DNA of 64,000 bases from Fibrobacteria bacterium (GCA_041746255.1 JBGTHM010000053.1:59153-123152); one strand, 5' to 3'. Counted from the first letter of the stretch, positions 29,067 through 39,731 are shown. Notes: a model not told the origin generated them from the sequence alone. Translations and numbers: made by a program.

Positions 29067-30046
29067 GCTGACTTCTCCTCCACCGGCGATTTATTTTCGG
29101 GAGTCCGGCCGGTCAAAGCGAGAAATACCTCGTCCAAGCTGGGTTGCCCCAAGGCGAAATCGGTGACCGCAATGCCGGAACGCGTGAGTTCGACCAGGGC
29201 ATGAGCCACTTTTTCGGCATTGGAAACGCGGGCCGAAAGCGCCAAAGGATCCGCTTCGAAATGCAGGGAGACGCCCAAAGCCTGCGCTAATATGCGTTCG
29301 GCATTCGGACGATCCTGCGGATCGCTCAGCCGGATATGCAAGGCGCCCGCTCCTACCGAAGCCTTCAGCTCCTTGCTGGTACCTTCCGCGATAACCTTGC
29401 CGTAGTCGATGACGGCGATGCGTTCCGCAAGCTGATCGGCTTCTTCCAAATACTGGGTGGTCAGCAACACCGTGGTGCCGTCGGCGGCGAGAGCGCGGAC
29501 AATTTCCCAAACTTGATTGCGGCTGCGCGGATCAAGACCGGTAGTGGGCTCGTCCAGAAAAAGTAAATCCGGCGTGATCACGATGCTGGCCGCGACGTCA
29601 AGTCTACGGCGCATGCCACCCGAATAGGTTTTCACCAGGCGCCCTCCGGCTTCGGACAAATCAAACGCATCCAGGAGTTCTTGGGCGCGTACCCGGGCTT
29701 GCTTTCTGCCATGGCCCAAGAGGCGCGCCAACAACACGAGGTTTTCCACTCCGGTCAGTTCTTCGTCGACGGAGGCGAACTGCCCGGTGAGGCTTACCCG
29801 TCCGCGTACTGCGTCCCCTTCGTTTACGATATCATGTCCGAAAACCCGGGCCATTCCGGAGTCGGGCGTAATCAGGGTGGCAAGCATTCGGATGGTGGTG
29901 GTTTTACCGGCGCCATTGGGGCCTAAAAAGCCATAGACGGTGCCTGCCCGCACGGACAAGTCGACTCCGTCTACGGCGCGAGTCTCACCGAATACCTTCA
30001 CCAACCCCGAGGCTTCGATGGCAAGGGTGGAATTGGATGCAGTCAT
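29063..30046 (-). CDS. ABC transporter ATP-binding protein (DrrA-like)
   Basis: [42 protein letters not shown]. Confidence 0.93.
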   Translation of the reverse strand: MTASNSTLAIEASGLVKVFGETRAVDGVDLSVRAGTVYGFLGPNGAGKTTTIRMLATLITPDSGMARVFGHDIVNEGDAVRGRVSLTGQFASVDEELTGVENLVLLARLLGHGRKQARVRAQELLDAFDLSEAGGRLVKTYSGGMRRRLDVAASIVITPDLLFLDEPTTGLDPRSRNQVWEIVRALAADGTTVLLTTQYLEEADQLAERIAVIDYGKVIAEGTSKELKASVGAGALHIRLSDPQDRPNAERILAQALGVSLHFEADPLALSARVSNAEKVAHALVELTRSGIAVTDFALGQPSLDEVFLALTGRTPENKSPVEEKSA

Positions 30047-30126
30047 GACAGTTCCGTTCGGGGGAAAAATGCGATTTGATAAAATTCGAATTTGTCTATG
30101 GAATTGTCAAAATGACTGATGCCTAT

Positions 30127-30642
30127 TCAGGTATTTAAACCTTTCTTGATTAAGGCGACCAGTTGATCGAGAGCGGCGCCCCAACCTTCATGGAAACCCA
30201 TTTCCTCATGTTTTTTACGGCTCTCAGGGCCGTCATGGATAGCGGTAGCGGTGTATTTAGTGCCCTGTCCGTGGGTTTCGAAGCGGATGATCGCAGTCAT
30301 ATACCCCATTTCTCCACCCGTCATGGATTTCCGCTGCGCCGGCCGATAGCCCGGTAACAAAGCATCGGTCCAAACCAGTTTTTCCATGGGTACCACTTCG
30401 AGGAAACAGCCGTCATTGGAGAATTCCTCTCCCTCGGGTGAGCGCATGACGGTGCGGAAGAGACCGCCCGGTCTTAAATCGATTTCGCATCCGGGTGTGG
30501 TCCAGGGAGCGGGCGTAAACCATTGCTTAATCTGTTCCGGGGTCGTCCAGGCTTTCCACACCAACTCGCGAGGAACGTCTATCACGCGCTCAAGCACAAG
30601 GTCCAGTTCGGGGTCGGGCTGAAAATGTCGGGAATCGTTCAT
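30127..30642 (-). CDS. SRPBCC/AHSA1 family protein
   Basis: [36 protein letters not shown]. Confidence 0.92.
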   Translation of the reverse strand: MNDSRHFQPDPELDLVLERVIDVPRELVWKAWTTPEQIKQWFTPAPWTTPGCEIDLRPGGLFRTVMRSPEGEEFSNDGCFLEVVPMEKLVWTDALLPGYRPAQRKSMTGGEMGYMTAIIRFETHGQGTKYTATAIHDGPESRKKHEEMGFHEGWGAALDQLVALIKKGLNT

Positions 30643-30980
30643 GATTTTTTCTCCTTTTGGGTTTTGAGGTAGAGGTCCAATTGATCAAGCCGCCGCTCCC
30701 ACAGCGTGCGACGATTTTCTATCCACTTTCCGGCCAATGCCAGTCCATTCGGTTCGATACGACAGGTGCGAGTCCTTCCAATTTTCTCAGTACGAACCAA
30801 TCCACTGGTTTCCAGCAATTGTAAATGTTGAACTACTGCCGCCAGCGAGATATTGAGAGGTACGGCGAGTTGCGTAACGGATACGGGTTTTTCGCTAAGA
30901 ATTTCGATGATTTCCCTCCGCGTGGGATCGCCCAACGCCCGGAAGATGAGGTCAATGGAAGGCTTGTCAAACTGTTTCAA
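30639..30980 (-). CDS. ArsR/SmtB family transcriptional regulator
   Basis: [20 protein letters not shown]...[14 protein letters not shown]. Confidence 0.92.
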   Translation of the reverse strand: MKQFDKPSIDLIFRALGDPTRREIIEILSEKPVSVTQLAVPLNISLAAVVQHLQLLETSGLVRTEKIGRTRTCRIEPNGLALAGKWIENRRTLWERRLDQLDLYLKTQKEKKS

Positions 30981-30996
30981 TGGAGCCCTCGGACCA

Positions 30997-31020
30997 ATAC
31001 TTAAGCATTCACTTAAGTAT
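30997..31020. promoter_or_regulatory. Inverted-repeat operator, likely the ArsR autoregulatory site
   Basis: ATACTTAAG-CATTCA-CTTAAGTAT perfect 9-6-9 palindrome, 17 nt upstream of the ArsR start. Confidence 0.75.
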
Positions 31021-31067
31021 AAAGATTTCGAAAGTGAATGTCAAACGCCCAATTTTGGGCCCCGATT

Positions 31068-31667
31068 TTAGGCCCCGTTTTTGGTAACCTGCAGATCGCG
31101 CAGCAGTCCGTCCTGAAGGTCGTAGATCCATCCGTGAATCGACAATTCCTGCCCTTCTTTCCAGGCTTCGACGATGATGGGAAGTTTTTCCAACACGCCC
31201 ACATGGGAAATCACGTTGAGTTCGCAAAGGCGTTGCCAACGGGCCGCCTCGTCCGGAAGGGAATCGAGTTCCTCCGCATGTTTTTTTCTCAAAGTACGTA
31301 CCGGAGTCAACCACCCTTCCAAGGGCTCGGTGGTGGGAGGCCCGAAGGCGGCTTGTACTCCACCGCAACGATAGTGACCGCAGACGATAATATGGGAAAT
31401 CTTGAGGACTTCAACCGAATATTGCACGACGGCCAGACAATTTGGGTCGTCGGGTCGCACCACATTTGCGACATTGCGGTGTACGAAAAGTTCGCCCGGA
31501 GCGAGCCCCACGATATCGTTCGCGGGCACACGACTATCAGAACAGCCGATCCAAAGATAGTCCGGTCTTTGAATCGCGCAAAGACGCTGGAAAAATTTCG
31601 GATCTTGGGCGGTTTTTTGCGCTGCCCAGGCGCGATTGCTGTCAAATAGATTGGAAAGTAAACGCAT
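31068..31667 (-). CDS. can: Beta-class carbonic anhydrase
   Basis: WIGCSDSRVP, GELFVHRNVAN, CGHYRCGGV zinc motifs. Confidence 0.95.
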   Translation of the reverse strand: MRLLSNLFDSNRAWAAQKTAQDPKFFQRLCAIQRPDYLWIGCSDSRVPANDIVGLAPGELFVHRNVANVVRPDDPNCLAVVQYSVEVLKISHIIVCGHYRCGGVQAAFGPPTTEPLEGWLTPVRTLRKKHAEELDSLPDEAARWQRLCELNVISHVGVLEKLPIIVEAWKEGQELSIHGWIYDLQDGLLRDLQVTKNGA

Positions 31668-31765
31668 TTTAGTCCTTGGTTTTTCGCAAAAAATAACATA
31701 AAAGCCGGAGGGGCCCGGGATTTACTTGCCACGGATAATGGGGGAGGCAGAGGCAGGGCTTTTCT

Positions 31766-32239
31766 CTAATTCAACCGCCAAATTGCGGCATTTAAGAGAG
31801 TCGCGAAGGTAACCCAGAGCAAGTAGGGAATTTGCAGGTAGGCGGCGGTTTTATTCACCCGCAAGAAAATCCCAATTTGAATCGCTATGACAACCCAGAG
31901 CAGAATAATCCACGCCAAGGCCGCGCCAAGCCACTGGAAGGAGAAGAAGATGAAGCTCCATCCGAAATTGAGAGCCAGTTGCAATGCGAAAATTCCAAGG
32001 GCCTTGGTGCGAGCCGTTCCGGACGGAGACTTCCAAATCAGGTAAAGGGAAATCCCCATGAGAATATAGAGTAGCGTCCATACCGGCCCAAATAGGTAAT
32101 TGGGTGGTTGGAAGATGGGTTTCTCCAGCGAAGCATACCACGGTTCCAGGTTGCTTGTCGTGGCTCTGCCGGCAATTCCACCGACGGCGAGGGGAATGGC
32201 GATGCTGATGATGAGAGCGGGAATATCCCTGGGTTTCAT
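31766..32239 (-). CDS. tspO: TspO/MBR tryptophan-rich sensory protein
   Basis: WYASLEKP..PPNYLFGPVWTLLY, QLALNFGWS, PYLLWVTFA; start taken at ATG 32239. Confidence 0.92.
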   Translation of the reverse strand: MKPRDIPALIISIAIPLAVGGIAGRATTSNLEPWYASLEKPIFQPPNYLFGPVWTLLYILMGISLYLIWKSPSGTARTKALGIFALQLALNFGWSFIFFSFQWLGAALAWIILLWVVIAIQIGIFLRVNKTAAYLQIPYLLWVTFATLLNAAIWRLN

Positions 32240-32277
32240 ACCTCGAATATAAGTTGTAGCGGCAAGAGGAGTGAAAT

Positions 32278-33138
32278 TCAATCTTGAATATTCTTCAGCA
32301 TGAGTGCCGCCAAACCAATGGAGATGATGTTGAAAACGGGAATGATGAATATAACCGGTATGATATTGTAACCCAGAAAACCCATGGCCACGACTTTGGC
32401 GGTGAGGGCCGTCATCAGAAACGCCAGGAATATCAAGTAAACCGGAGCGAGAAGAAAACCCAATGGTTTTTTCCGCAAAAGTAATAGTCCGGAGACGAAT
32501 GCCAAGGGAAGCAGAAGCCCCAAGTCCAATCCCTGTACCACAAGGGTGGTATAATGCTCGACTTCTGGAGGAATAACAGTCCCGCTCAAAAGGGGAGGAA
32601 AAACGATTCCCAACCAGAGAAAGGCAATGGCGATGGAGCTGAAAAGAAGAAATCCGCCGGCAGCCCGGATGGGAGAACGGGAATGAAAGGCCGCTGGAAG
32701 CTGGGCGGGGACGAAAGAAAGGAGGGTGAGAGACAAGGCAAAGAAAGTGCAAGTGAGTAACGACACATAGACAAGAAATAATTCATTGTACATGGCCATC
32801 ACCAAATAGAAAAGATAGGTGACGAAAAAATAGCCGAGAGTGCCCGCGAGGAGGAATCGTCCCTTTGTAGACCCTTTCCGAGCCCACGCGAGAGCGATTA
32901 ATAAAAGGGGGATTCCCAAAAAAAGCGTGACATAGTCTTGGGCGATGCCTTGCGGAGCTACCTCCGCCGACATATGCCTATAAATACCGAAACCGTATAA
33001 AGTTATGGTTTTCCCGCGGACGGTTTCATGTTCGGTGGGACCGGGTCCGTTGTCGGAAAAAATTCCCAGACTGGTTGCGAGTCCTGCCAAGAGGGCTATG
33101 AGGAGGGATAAAAGGGTCAGGGCTTTCTGATGCATCAT
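32278..33138 (-). CDS. Hypothetical integral membrane protein
   Basis: Multiple TMs; YGFGIY, QGIAQDYVTLFLGIP, VQGLDLG; GGAGGG upstream. Confidence 0.75.
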   Translation of the reverse strand: MMHQKALTLLSLLIALLAGLATSLGIFSDNGPGPTEHETVRGKTITLYGFGIYRHMSAEVAPQGIAQDYVTLFLGIPLLLIALAWARKGSTKGRFLLAGTLGYFFVTYLFYLVMAMYNELFLVYVSLLTCTFFALSLTLLSFVPAQLPAAFHSRSPIRAAGGFLLFSSIAIAFLWLGIVFPPLLSGTVIPPEVEHYTTLVVQGLDLGLLLPLAFVSGLLLLRKKPLGFLLAPVYLIFLAFLMTALTAKVVAMGFLGYNIIPVIFIIPVFNIISIGLAALMLKNIQD

Positions 33139-33177
33139 CCCTCCGGAAATTAATTTATACACCTTAGGAATGCACGA

Positions 33178-33825
33178 CTAGTCGGATAGCCCCGCTTCAA
33201 AGTTTTTAAAGGCGGTCAGAACTCGTTTTACCCTGTTTTCGATAATCAGTTTGTTCGGGGTATTATCGGAGTCATCGGGTAAAGTCAAAAATACTCGATA
33301 CACCTTGATGGCAACTACCGCTTGTTGGGTAGGATTGGAGGGAAGGAACCCCTCGGGAAAATATTCGGCAAAATCACGAATGAATTTTCCCGCCGCTTGA
33401 ACGGCGGCGAAACTTCGACTGTCTTCAACCGAGTCGACATCGAATTTCCAACGGACCGTCTGTTCGGCGATGCGCTTTTTATCCTCATCCACCGCAATTC
33501 CCGTAGCGGTAAAAATCCGGCAGTCGTAATTACGGCAAGTCTGGGGTCGAACATCGTAGATGGAGCATTTGTTATCGATAAACATGGGACAATGGCCATT
33601 TTGGTCATAGCCCAGTAATACGTGACCTTTGGGGAGTCCGGGTGCTCGAAATTGAAGCGACTTGGGAATTCGGGCGAGAGTTTTTGTTTCATCGGGTTTA
33701 ATATGGATGAAATAGGAAGAAGTACAACAACCTCTACAATCGCCGCAGGGAACCTCGACGTCTTCACCCGAAACCAAGGCTCGCCGTGTACTGTTCAGCC
33801 AGGATGAGAAAGTTTCGTCGCGCAT
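33178..33825 (-). CDS. YkgJ family cysteine cluster protein
   Basis: CGDCRGCC ... CPMF...CSIYDVRPQTCRNYDC. Confidence 0.85.
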   Translation of the reverse strand: MRDETFSSWLNSTRRALVSGEDVEVPCGDCRGCCTSSYFIHIKPDETKTLARIPKSLQFRAPGLPKGHVLLGYDQNGHCPMFIDNKCSIYDVRPQTCRNYDCRIFTATGIAVDEDKKRIAEQTVRWKFDVDSVEDSRSFAAVQAAGKFIRDFAEYFPEGFLPSNPTQQAVVAIKVYRVFLTLPDDSDNTPNKLIIENRVKRVLTAFKNFEAGLSD

Positions 33826-33917
33826 TTTCGGTTAATCAAGATAGCCAAATAACCCCTTACCCTGGAACCACCCCCTTTGGAGGTGACGACTGACGGGGTA
33901 AAATGGCATAATCGAGT

Positions 33918-35117
33918 ATGGAATTTTCTCGAACCCTTCGAAATACCCCAACGTTAAGGGGAGATTTCATTTTGTGGGTCTGCTTGGGTGCCTATGTCGC
34001 AACGATATACGCTACCGTTCCATTCGTTACCGCTTGGAGAAAGACCCTGGTCGAAGCATTTGGATACGGCATATACGATTGGATCCTGTGGATTTTCGTC
34101 CCACCGGTGCTTGCCGTTTTGGTAGTGGTGTTACGCTATCGCCGCGGTCAGGATTTGGCGCGTAGTCTCATAATCCTGCTTGTGGTAGCCATTGCTTTCG
34201 GAGGCTATATGCTGCAGCTCAAATACCCTATTGAGCGGCTGCATTTCGCCCAATATGGATTATTGGGAGGATTTGCCTACTTCATCTCCCTCCGCAGGGG
34301 TGGGCCCGCATTTTCCGGTATTCTGGCCTTGTTGGTGACCTATCTGGCGGGGCTGGGAGACGAGTGGATACAAAGTCTCTCTCCCAACCGAGTGGGGGAA
34401 ATCAGTGATGCCGGCTTGAACGTCCTTTCAGGCTTATTTGGAATTATTTTCGCGCAGGAAATATTCCAACCCAAAAAGTTCCAGGTTCGGAAAGGTTGGG
34501 TCTTGCGCGTGCGATTATTGCAGGGCATAGGCGTTGCGGCGGTGGGCCTAACCCTGCTGTTTATGGTCTCGGTGCATGGGTTCGGTTATCGCATTGAGAG
34601 TTTGGAGTCGGGAATATTTTATTCTGCTTTCTCCGAATCGGAATTAAAGTCGGGAAAAACCAGCGCGGGAAAGCCTTTGATAACTCATCCCGCCTATCTC
34701 AACGAAGGGGATCGTCATCTTTTCCAACGCGAGTTTTATTGCGAAAACGATTTTTTAGCGGCGGATGGATCCTTTTATCGCAATTGGTCCCATTGTTGGA
34801 TGGAAAATGCCGTGCTGGCGCGCTATTATGCAGGGTATTTGGAAAAATTTTCCGAAGCGAAGGTGGGAAGCCGGTTAAAAAAAATCGATCGGAAATTTTC
34901 CGAAAAGGTAGCCGATAACCCGGTGGTGTGGAGCGAAGAAACCGCCCAGGCCATGCAAAGCGCGCGTCCTCAAACGTATTTAATTACTTCCCGAGTCAAG
35001 GGCACCTTGCTAACCGAAACCACTTTCCACGAGCTGGCCTTATTCAGCCTGATGGCTTGGATGGTTATCGCGTGGGCCGGCGCACAGGTTATCCGCCTTA
35101 TTCCGAACGAAGATTGA
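33918..35117 (+). CDS. VanZ-like membrane protein with an extra extracytoplasmic domain
   Basis: ERLHFAQYGLL, DEWIQSLSPNRV, DAGLN VanZ motifs; long soluble C-terminal region. Confidence 0.7.
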   Translation: MEFSRTLRNTPTLRGDFILWVCLGAYVATIYATVPFVTAWRKTLVEAFGYGIYDWILWIFVPPVLAVLVVVLRYRRGQDLARSLIILLVVAIAFGGYMLQLKYPIERLHFAQYGLLGGFAYFISLRRGGPAFSGILALLVTYLAGLGDEWIQSLSPNRVGEISDAGLNVLSGLFGIIFAQEIFQPKKFQVRKGWVLRVRLLQGIGVAAVGLTLLFMVSVHGFGYRIESLESGIFYSAFSESELKSGKTSAGKPLITHPAYLNEGDRHLFQREFYCENDFLAADGSFYRNWSHCWMENAVLARYYAGYLEKFSEAKVGSRLKKIDRKFSEKVADNPVVWSEETAQAMQSARPQTYLITSRVKGTLLTETTFHELALFSLMAWMVIAWAGAQVIRLIPNED

Positions 35118-36012
35118 GGGGAAGCACCCGGTTCGATTCCCGTCCATAACCCTTTATCACCACACTGTCCGAATAGAGGCTCATGAAGGCAAAGGCATTT
35201 TCTTCAGGGGTTTCTACCATGGCCTTCAGAGTCAGAAAATGGATTCCTGCGTATTCCCCGTATCCTCCCTGATGATTATGACCCGCCAAATAGGCTACGA
35301 CTTGGGGGTGACGCTTTAAAAGCGAAAGTACCTCATCGTCATTCCACAGGTTGTAGATGCTTTCGGGAAAAATTGGAAAATGGCAAAAGACCATAACCCT
35401 TTGTTTTTTCTTTTCCGCCAAGGCCAGGGTTTGTTCCATCCAGGCCAACTGCTGTTGACCAATACCGCCATTCCAAATTTTGGCTTGGGGTAGACTGGAA
35501 GCCTTGGTTTTTTCGAAAAGGCTGTCCCGCTCGACACTTTGGGAAGAACCGGCTTGGGTTGCGTAAAAACTGAGATCGTTTCCGTCGAGTACGATAAAAC
35601 GCCAATCCTTCCGCACGAATGTGTAATAGGCATGCGGCATTTGCAGAATTTCGACGAGGCTGTCCTTCTGAGGTAAATCGACTTCATAATCGTGGTTTCC
35701 CAGCACATGGAATACCGGGAAATTCAGATTCTCAAAGGTGGCTAGGGTCGGAACAAAGTTTTTCCCGTCCCTTTCGATAAGGTCTCCCAACTGTATGAGG
35801 AAGGCCGGTTTTTCCATGGCCAGGGTCTGGACGGCTTCGCTCAGCTTACCCAACGACGCGCTGTAATATCGAGTATCATTTGGATCACAAGGGCAATACT
35901 GGGCGTCCGCAATCAGCCCTATGCGAAGCGGTTTCTCGGGATGCCTGCACCCTACGATGGTGAAGACCGTTACTAAAAAGTAGGGTAGCCGGAATAGAAT
36001 GGGAAAGGTAAT
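35098..36012 (-). CDS. Calcineurin-like metallophosphoesterase (ADP-ribose/CDP-alcohol diphosphatase-like) lipoprotein
   Basis: IGLIADAQY (upstream of the track start, in frame), QLGDL, LGNHD, CHFP, AGHNH; IVGC lipobox; probable ATT start at 36012. Confidence 0.85.
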   Translation of the reverse strand: MTFPILFRLPYFLVTVFTIVGCRHPEKPLRIGLIADAQYCPCDPNDTRYYSASLGKLSEAVQTLAMEKPAFLIQLGDLIERDGKNFVPTLATFENLNFPVFHVLGNHDYEVDLPQKDSLVEILQMPHAYYTFVRKDWRFIVLDGNDLSFYATQAGSSQSVERDSLFEKTKASSLPQAKIWNGGIGQQQLAWMEQTLALAEKKKQRVMVFCHFPIFPESIYNLWNDDEVLSLLKRHPQVVAYLAGHNHQGGYGEYAGIHFLTLKAMVETPEENAFAFMSLYSDSVVIKGYGRESNRVLPLNLRSE

Positions 36013-36152
36013 GGGTTATCCCCTCAGTTTCCGGTTGCGCCGAAAAGGATGACTTTTTGAGATTCCATGGCCAAAATGTAAAAATTCCCGGGTTTGGACT
36101 CTAGATTTAAGCCGCTCCAACTCAATGGTTTTTATGGCTATTATTCCCTTCC

Positions 36153-38678
36153 ATGCCCCGTTCCGTCAGGCCCCCTGAACTTCTCGCCCCCGTCGGCGAT
36201 ATGGAAATGTGCCGGGCCGCCATCCACAACGGCGCGGATGCCATATACGTGGGCTATCCCGGAGTTAATGCCCGCGGGCGTACCATTGACCATGACTGGG
36301 ATGATTTGGATACGATGGTGGCCCTTTGTCATGGGTATGGCGTAAAAGTATTCCTGGCCATGAATGTGCTTATTTTCGAAAAGGAATTACGGCAATTGCT
36401 GGAAGACCTTCCCCGGGCCTTGGCCTTGGGAGTCGACGCTTTCATTGTCCAGGATTTGGGTTTGGTAAGGCTGTTAAAATTTTTGTGTCCCGAGCAAACC
36501 GTCCATGCCTCGACGCAAATGACCGTTACCAACCACGAGGCTATTTCCCTCACGGCTGATTTGGATATGGCCCGCTACGTTTTGGGTCGGGAAGTGTCGT
36601 TGACGGAAATGGAAGCCATACGCAACGGTACCGAAAAGGAATTGGAAGTTTTCGTCCACGGCGCTTTGTGTGTGGCCTATTCGGGGCAATGCCTGACCAG
36701 CGAGGGCTTCGGGGGCCGCTCCGCGAATCGCGGCCAATGCGCGCAATCGTGTCGCATGGAATACGATTTGATGGTGGACGGTGAGAGACGCGACTTGGGA
36801 GATAAGCGCTATCTGGTATCGCCCAAAGATCTTTGTGGACTGGAAGACGTCTCGCGTTTGATGGAATTGGGTATTGACTCGTTCAAAATCGAGGGACGAC
36901 TCAAGAGCCCGCAATATGTCGCCTCCACGGTTGCCGCCTACAAGCAAGCCATGGGGAAGGAGAAGGGGACGGCGAAGGGGACGACGAAGGGGGATGACCT
37001 GGCGGTTCTCTACTCCCGGGGCTTTTTCAACGGCTGGCTGGGTGGCGTCAATCATCAGCGGCTTGTCGATGGGCGTTACGGATCGCATCGCGGTTTGGAA
37101 ACGGGTGAGGTGACGGGGTTAAAAGGCGGAAAGCTCACCGTAACTTCGAAGCGACCTTTGCGCGCGGGCGAAGGAATGCTCTTTGTGGACTATGCCGCAT
37201 CCGGTGTTTGGGGCGGCCGCATTTTCTCCGCCGAATCCCTACCGGGTAAAGCCGCCGACGGAAAGGATAGATGGGAACTGACCTTTGCCAAAGACCTCGC
37301 GCTTCGGGAAATACCGAAAGGCGCCATCGCCTACCTCAATGACTCTCCCGCGCTGGAGCGCGAGGTTCGCGCGACCTATACCGATAAATCCCGCTGGAAG
37401 ACTTCCCCGCTATTCGTGAAAATGGAAGGTTCGTTGGGTAAGCCCTTGCGAATGACCATAACCGATAGCGAAGGGCGCATGGCCGCCGCAGAATCTTCCA
37501 GCCGCCTGGAGGTTGCTTATAATCCTTCCGCCGCGTTGACATTCGAGGCGACTCGCGAAGAAGCGGGTGCGTTATCCGGTTCGGGGTATCGTCTGCAAGA
37601 ATTCGATTTCAATTTGCCGGAGGGTCTGGTCTTACCCTATAAGGAATTAAGGAAGGTTCGACAGGCCGCCGTAGCCGCACTTAAGGCTCTTCGGGATACC
37701 CCAACCCCTAAACCCTCCCGTAGCCCGGAAGAGGCGTTACTCTGGATAGAAGAGCGAGCCCTTCAACCCCTGCGGAATGAGATTTCCCCCGTTTCCTATT
37801 CCCAGGCCAGGCTCAACCTGCTCGTCCGCGAACGCTCCTCGTTGGAGACGCTGGAAGGCTTGCCGCTGCATACCGTTTATCTGGACTTCGAACATGGGAA
37901 GGATTATCGGACTTCGTTGGAAAAGGTGCGTGCCATGGGCTATGCCGCAGGTATCGCAACTACGCGTATTCTCAAACCATCGGAATACCACAACCTCAAG
38001 GTCATTGAGGCACTGGCTCCCGACGTTGTATTGGTTCGCAATTTGGGGGCGTTACATTACCTGCGAAACTCGGGCTTGACCCTGGCCGGAGATTTCAGTT
38101 TGAACGTCAGCAACTCGCTGACGGCGGCGTACTTGGTCGACAAAGGATTGACGAGCCTGTGTCCCTCTTATGACCTGAACCAATGGCAACTGCATGACTT
38201 GCTCGATGCGGCGGGAGGCGGTCTGTTCGAAGTAACCGTGCACCAATACCTGCCCAGTTTCCACATGGAGCATTGCGTGTTCGCCGCCTTTTTAAGTCAG
38301 GGATCCAGTTTCCGGGATTGCGGCAAGCCCTGCGAAAGCCATCGGGTGGAGTTGCGCGATCATACCGGAGCCATCCATCCCTTGAAAGCCGATCAAGAAT
38401 GTCGGAACACCATGTTCAACGGTAAGCCTCAAAGCGCTGCAAAGCTGGTGCCGGGATTGCTCGCAAAAGGAGTGAAGCGGTTTCGCGTGGAGGCGCTGTA
38501 CGAAGATCCCGACACCTTGCGGGCCAAGGTGAGTGAATATGCCCGCCTTATCGGAGGGGAGGCTTGCGCCGAGGATGTTCTGGCGCGTATGGGAGTGGTG
38601 GAAAAATACGGGGTTATGGAAGGACAGATTCGTAATTCCACAGTGCACCGGGATCGAAAAAAAACAAATCCGGACTAA
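36153..38678 (+). CDS. rlhA: Peptidase U32 family protein, RlhA-like (23S rRNA hydroxylation)
   Basis: PELLAPVG, HASTQM, VHGALCVAYSGQC, SANRGQCAQSCR, FKIEGRLK; long form with a second degenerate U32 domain. Confidence 0.8.
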   Translation: MPRSVRPPELLAPVGDMEMCRAAIHNGADAIYVGYPGVNARGRTIDHDWDDLDTMVALCHGYGVKVFLAMNVLIFEKELRQLLEDLPRALALGVDAFIVQDLGLVRLLKFLCPEQTVHASTQMTVTNHEAISLTADLDMARYVLGREVSLTEMEAIRNGTEKELEVFVHGALCVAYSGQCLTSEGFGGRSANRGQCAQSCRMEYDLMVDGERRDLGDKRYLVSPKDLCGLEDVSRLMELGIDSFKIEGRLKSPQYVASTVAAYKQAMGKEKGTAKGTTKGDDLAVLYSRGFFNGWLGGVNHQRLVDGRYGSHRGLETGEVTGLKGGKLTVTSKRPLRAGEGMLFVDYAASGVWGGRIFSAESLPGKAADGKDRWELTFAKDLALREIPKGAIAYLNDSPALEREVRATYTDKSRWKTSPLFVKMEGSLGKPLRMTITDSEGRMAAAESSSRLEVAYNPSAALTFEATREEAGALSGSGYRLQEFDFNLPEGLVLPYKELRKVRQAAVAALKALRDTPTPKPSRSPEEALLWIEERALQPLRNEISPVSYSQARLNLLVRERSSLETLEGLPLHTVYLDFEHGKDYRTSLEKVRAMGYAAGIATTRILKPSEYHNLKVIEALAPDVVLVRNLGALHYLRNSGLTLAGDFSLNVSNSLTAAYLVDKGLTSLCPSYDLNQWQLHDLLDAAGGGLFEVTVHQYLPSFHMEHCVFAAFLSQGSSFRDCGKPCESHRVELRDHTGAIHPLKADQECRNTMFNGKPQSAAKLVPGLLAKGVKRFRVEALYEDPDTLRAKVSEYARLIGGEACAEDVLARMGVVEKYGVMEGQIRNSTVHRDRKKTNPD

Positions 38679-38696
38679 TTTATTCGACGTTGTCCG

Positions 38697-39731
38697 CTAC
38701 ATTCCCAATTTACAGGCCAGAGTTACTTCCAGGTTCAGGACCAGCAAGTCCCCGATATTCGCGCATTGCAAGAATCGGTCCTCCTTATGGAATTTCTGTA
38801 AGCCTAGTTTGAGCTCGTGGGTTTTTTCCGGAAGCGAAAGTTCGCCGAATTTCATGGCCTCGGTCAGCATGACGACTTGCTCTTTGGAAAAATTCAGTCT
38901 TCTGGCTATAAGCGTTCGTTCTTCCAATTGGTATTGGCGGATCGTTTGCAGATTTAAAATCTGTCCGCACAAATCCACTACTTTTTTATTATCGGGGAAA
39001 AAATGCGGCAGATAAGCCTGGATTTTTCCCTCGTAACTTTGCTGGTCGAAATCTATGGCCCTTACCCGGTATTGCTCGTCTTCGAAATCAGGCGTAATGT
39101 CGACCACGTAATTGTAGGAGCGCATATCCCCCAATAAGCGAGCGAAGCAGCGCTCGTTGAATTTCACGAACTCTTTGGCGATACGCACCTTATTGGTGGA
39201 GGGTCGGTCCAGGATTTCACCCAGGAATAGATCGCCGGGAATGCCCGCGATATGCTCTTCGATAAGGGTATTGCCGCATACCAGGTAATTGATGCGGTTG
39301 GGGGATAGAATATCTTCCAGCTCCAAACCGTAAATGCGGGATGCATCGGCTTTCTTCACGTAAAAGTGATCGTAGTTATCGTTATAATGATTCACGATAC
39401 GCACGCGGAAGGGATTGGAATTTCCGAAAGTGCAGAAATCCACGCGTTCCACATAAAGATGATCCATTATGTCCACGTCGCCCGCCGCCTTCAATTGCGA
39501 ATAGATTTGCGTAAGGCCCTTATGAATATCCTCTTCGTCGCTTTGACTGTATAAGCACGTAGCCCACAGCGTGTCTTTTTCGTTTTTGTCCACTAACGGA
39601 ACGGCTTCATTGTATCGCGACAAATCGGCATAACTAACGGGCAGATCCCTGGAGCGTGTATATAAACTCAAGTATTCCAACAGCGGGTCACTGATGGGAA
39701 AAAGCTTTTTCTTGCGGGAGATGATTTTCAT
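38697..39731 (-). CDS. Conserved hypothetical protein, possible atypical kinase fold
   Basis: FYVKKAD, LLGDMRSYNY, AIDFDQ motifs. Confidence 0.7.
   Translation of the reverse strand: MKIISRKKKLFPISDPLLEYLSLYTRSRDLPVSYADLSRYNEAVPLVDKNEKDTLWATCLYSQSDEEDIHKGLTQIYSQLKAAGDVDIMDHLYVERVDFCTFGNSNPFRVRIVNHYNDNYDHFYVKKADASRIYGLELEDILSPNRINYLVCGNTLIEEHIAGIPGDLFLGEILDRPSTNKVRIAKEFVKFNERCFARLLGDMRSYNYVVDITPDFEDEQYRVRAIDFDQQSYEGKIQAYLPHFFPDNKKVVDLCGQILNLQTIRQYQLEERTLIARRLNFSKEQVVMLTEAMKFGELSLPEKTHELKLGLQKFHKEDRFLQCANIGDLLVLNLEVTLACKLGM

Noticed and set aside
32240..32752. Long N-terminal extension of TspO
   Set aside because: Overlaps the upstream membrane-protein gene in another frame; TspO similarity begins at ATG 32239.
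36963..36993. AAGGGGACG(G/A)CG tandem repeat in the U32 gene
   Set aside because: In-frame 12-bp duplication encoding a KGTAKGTTKG linker; no sign of phase variation.
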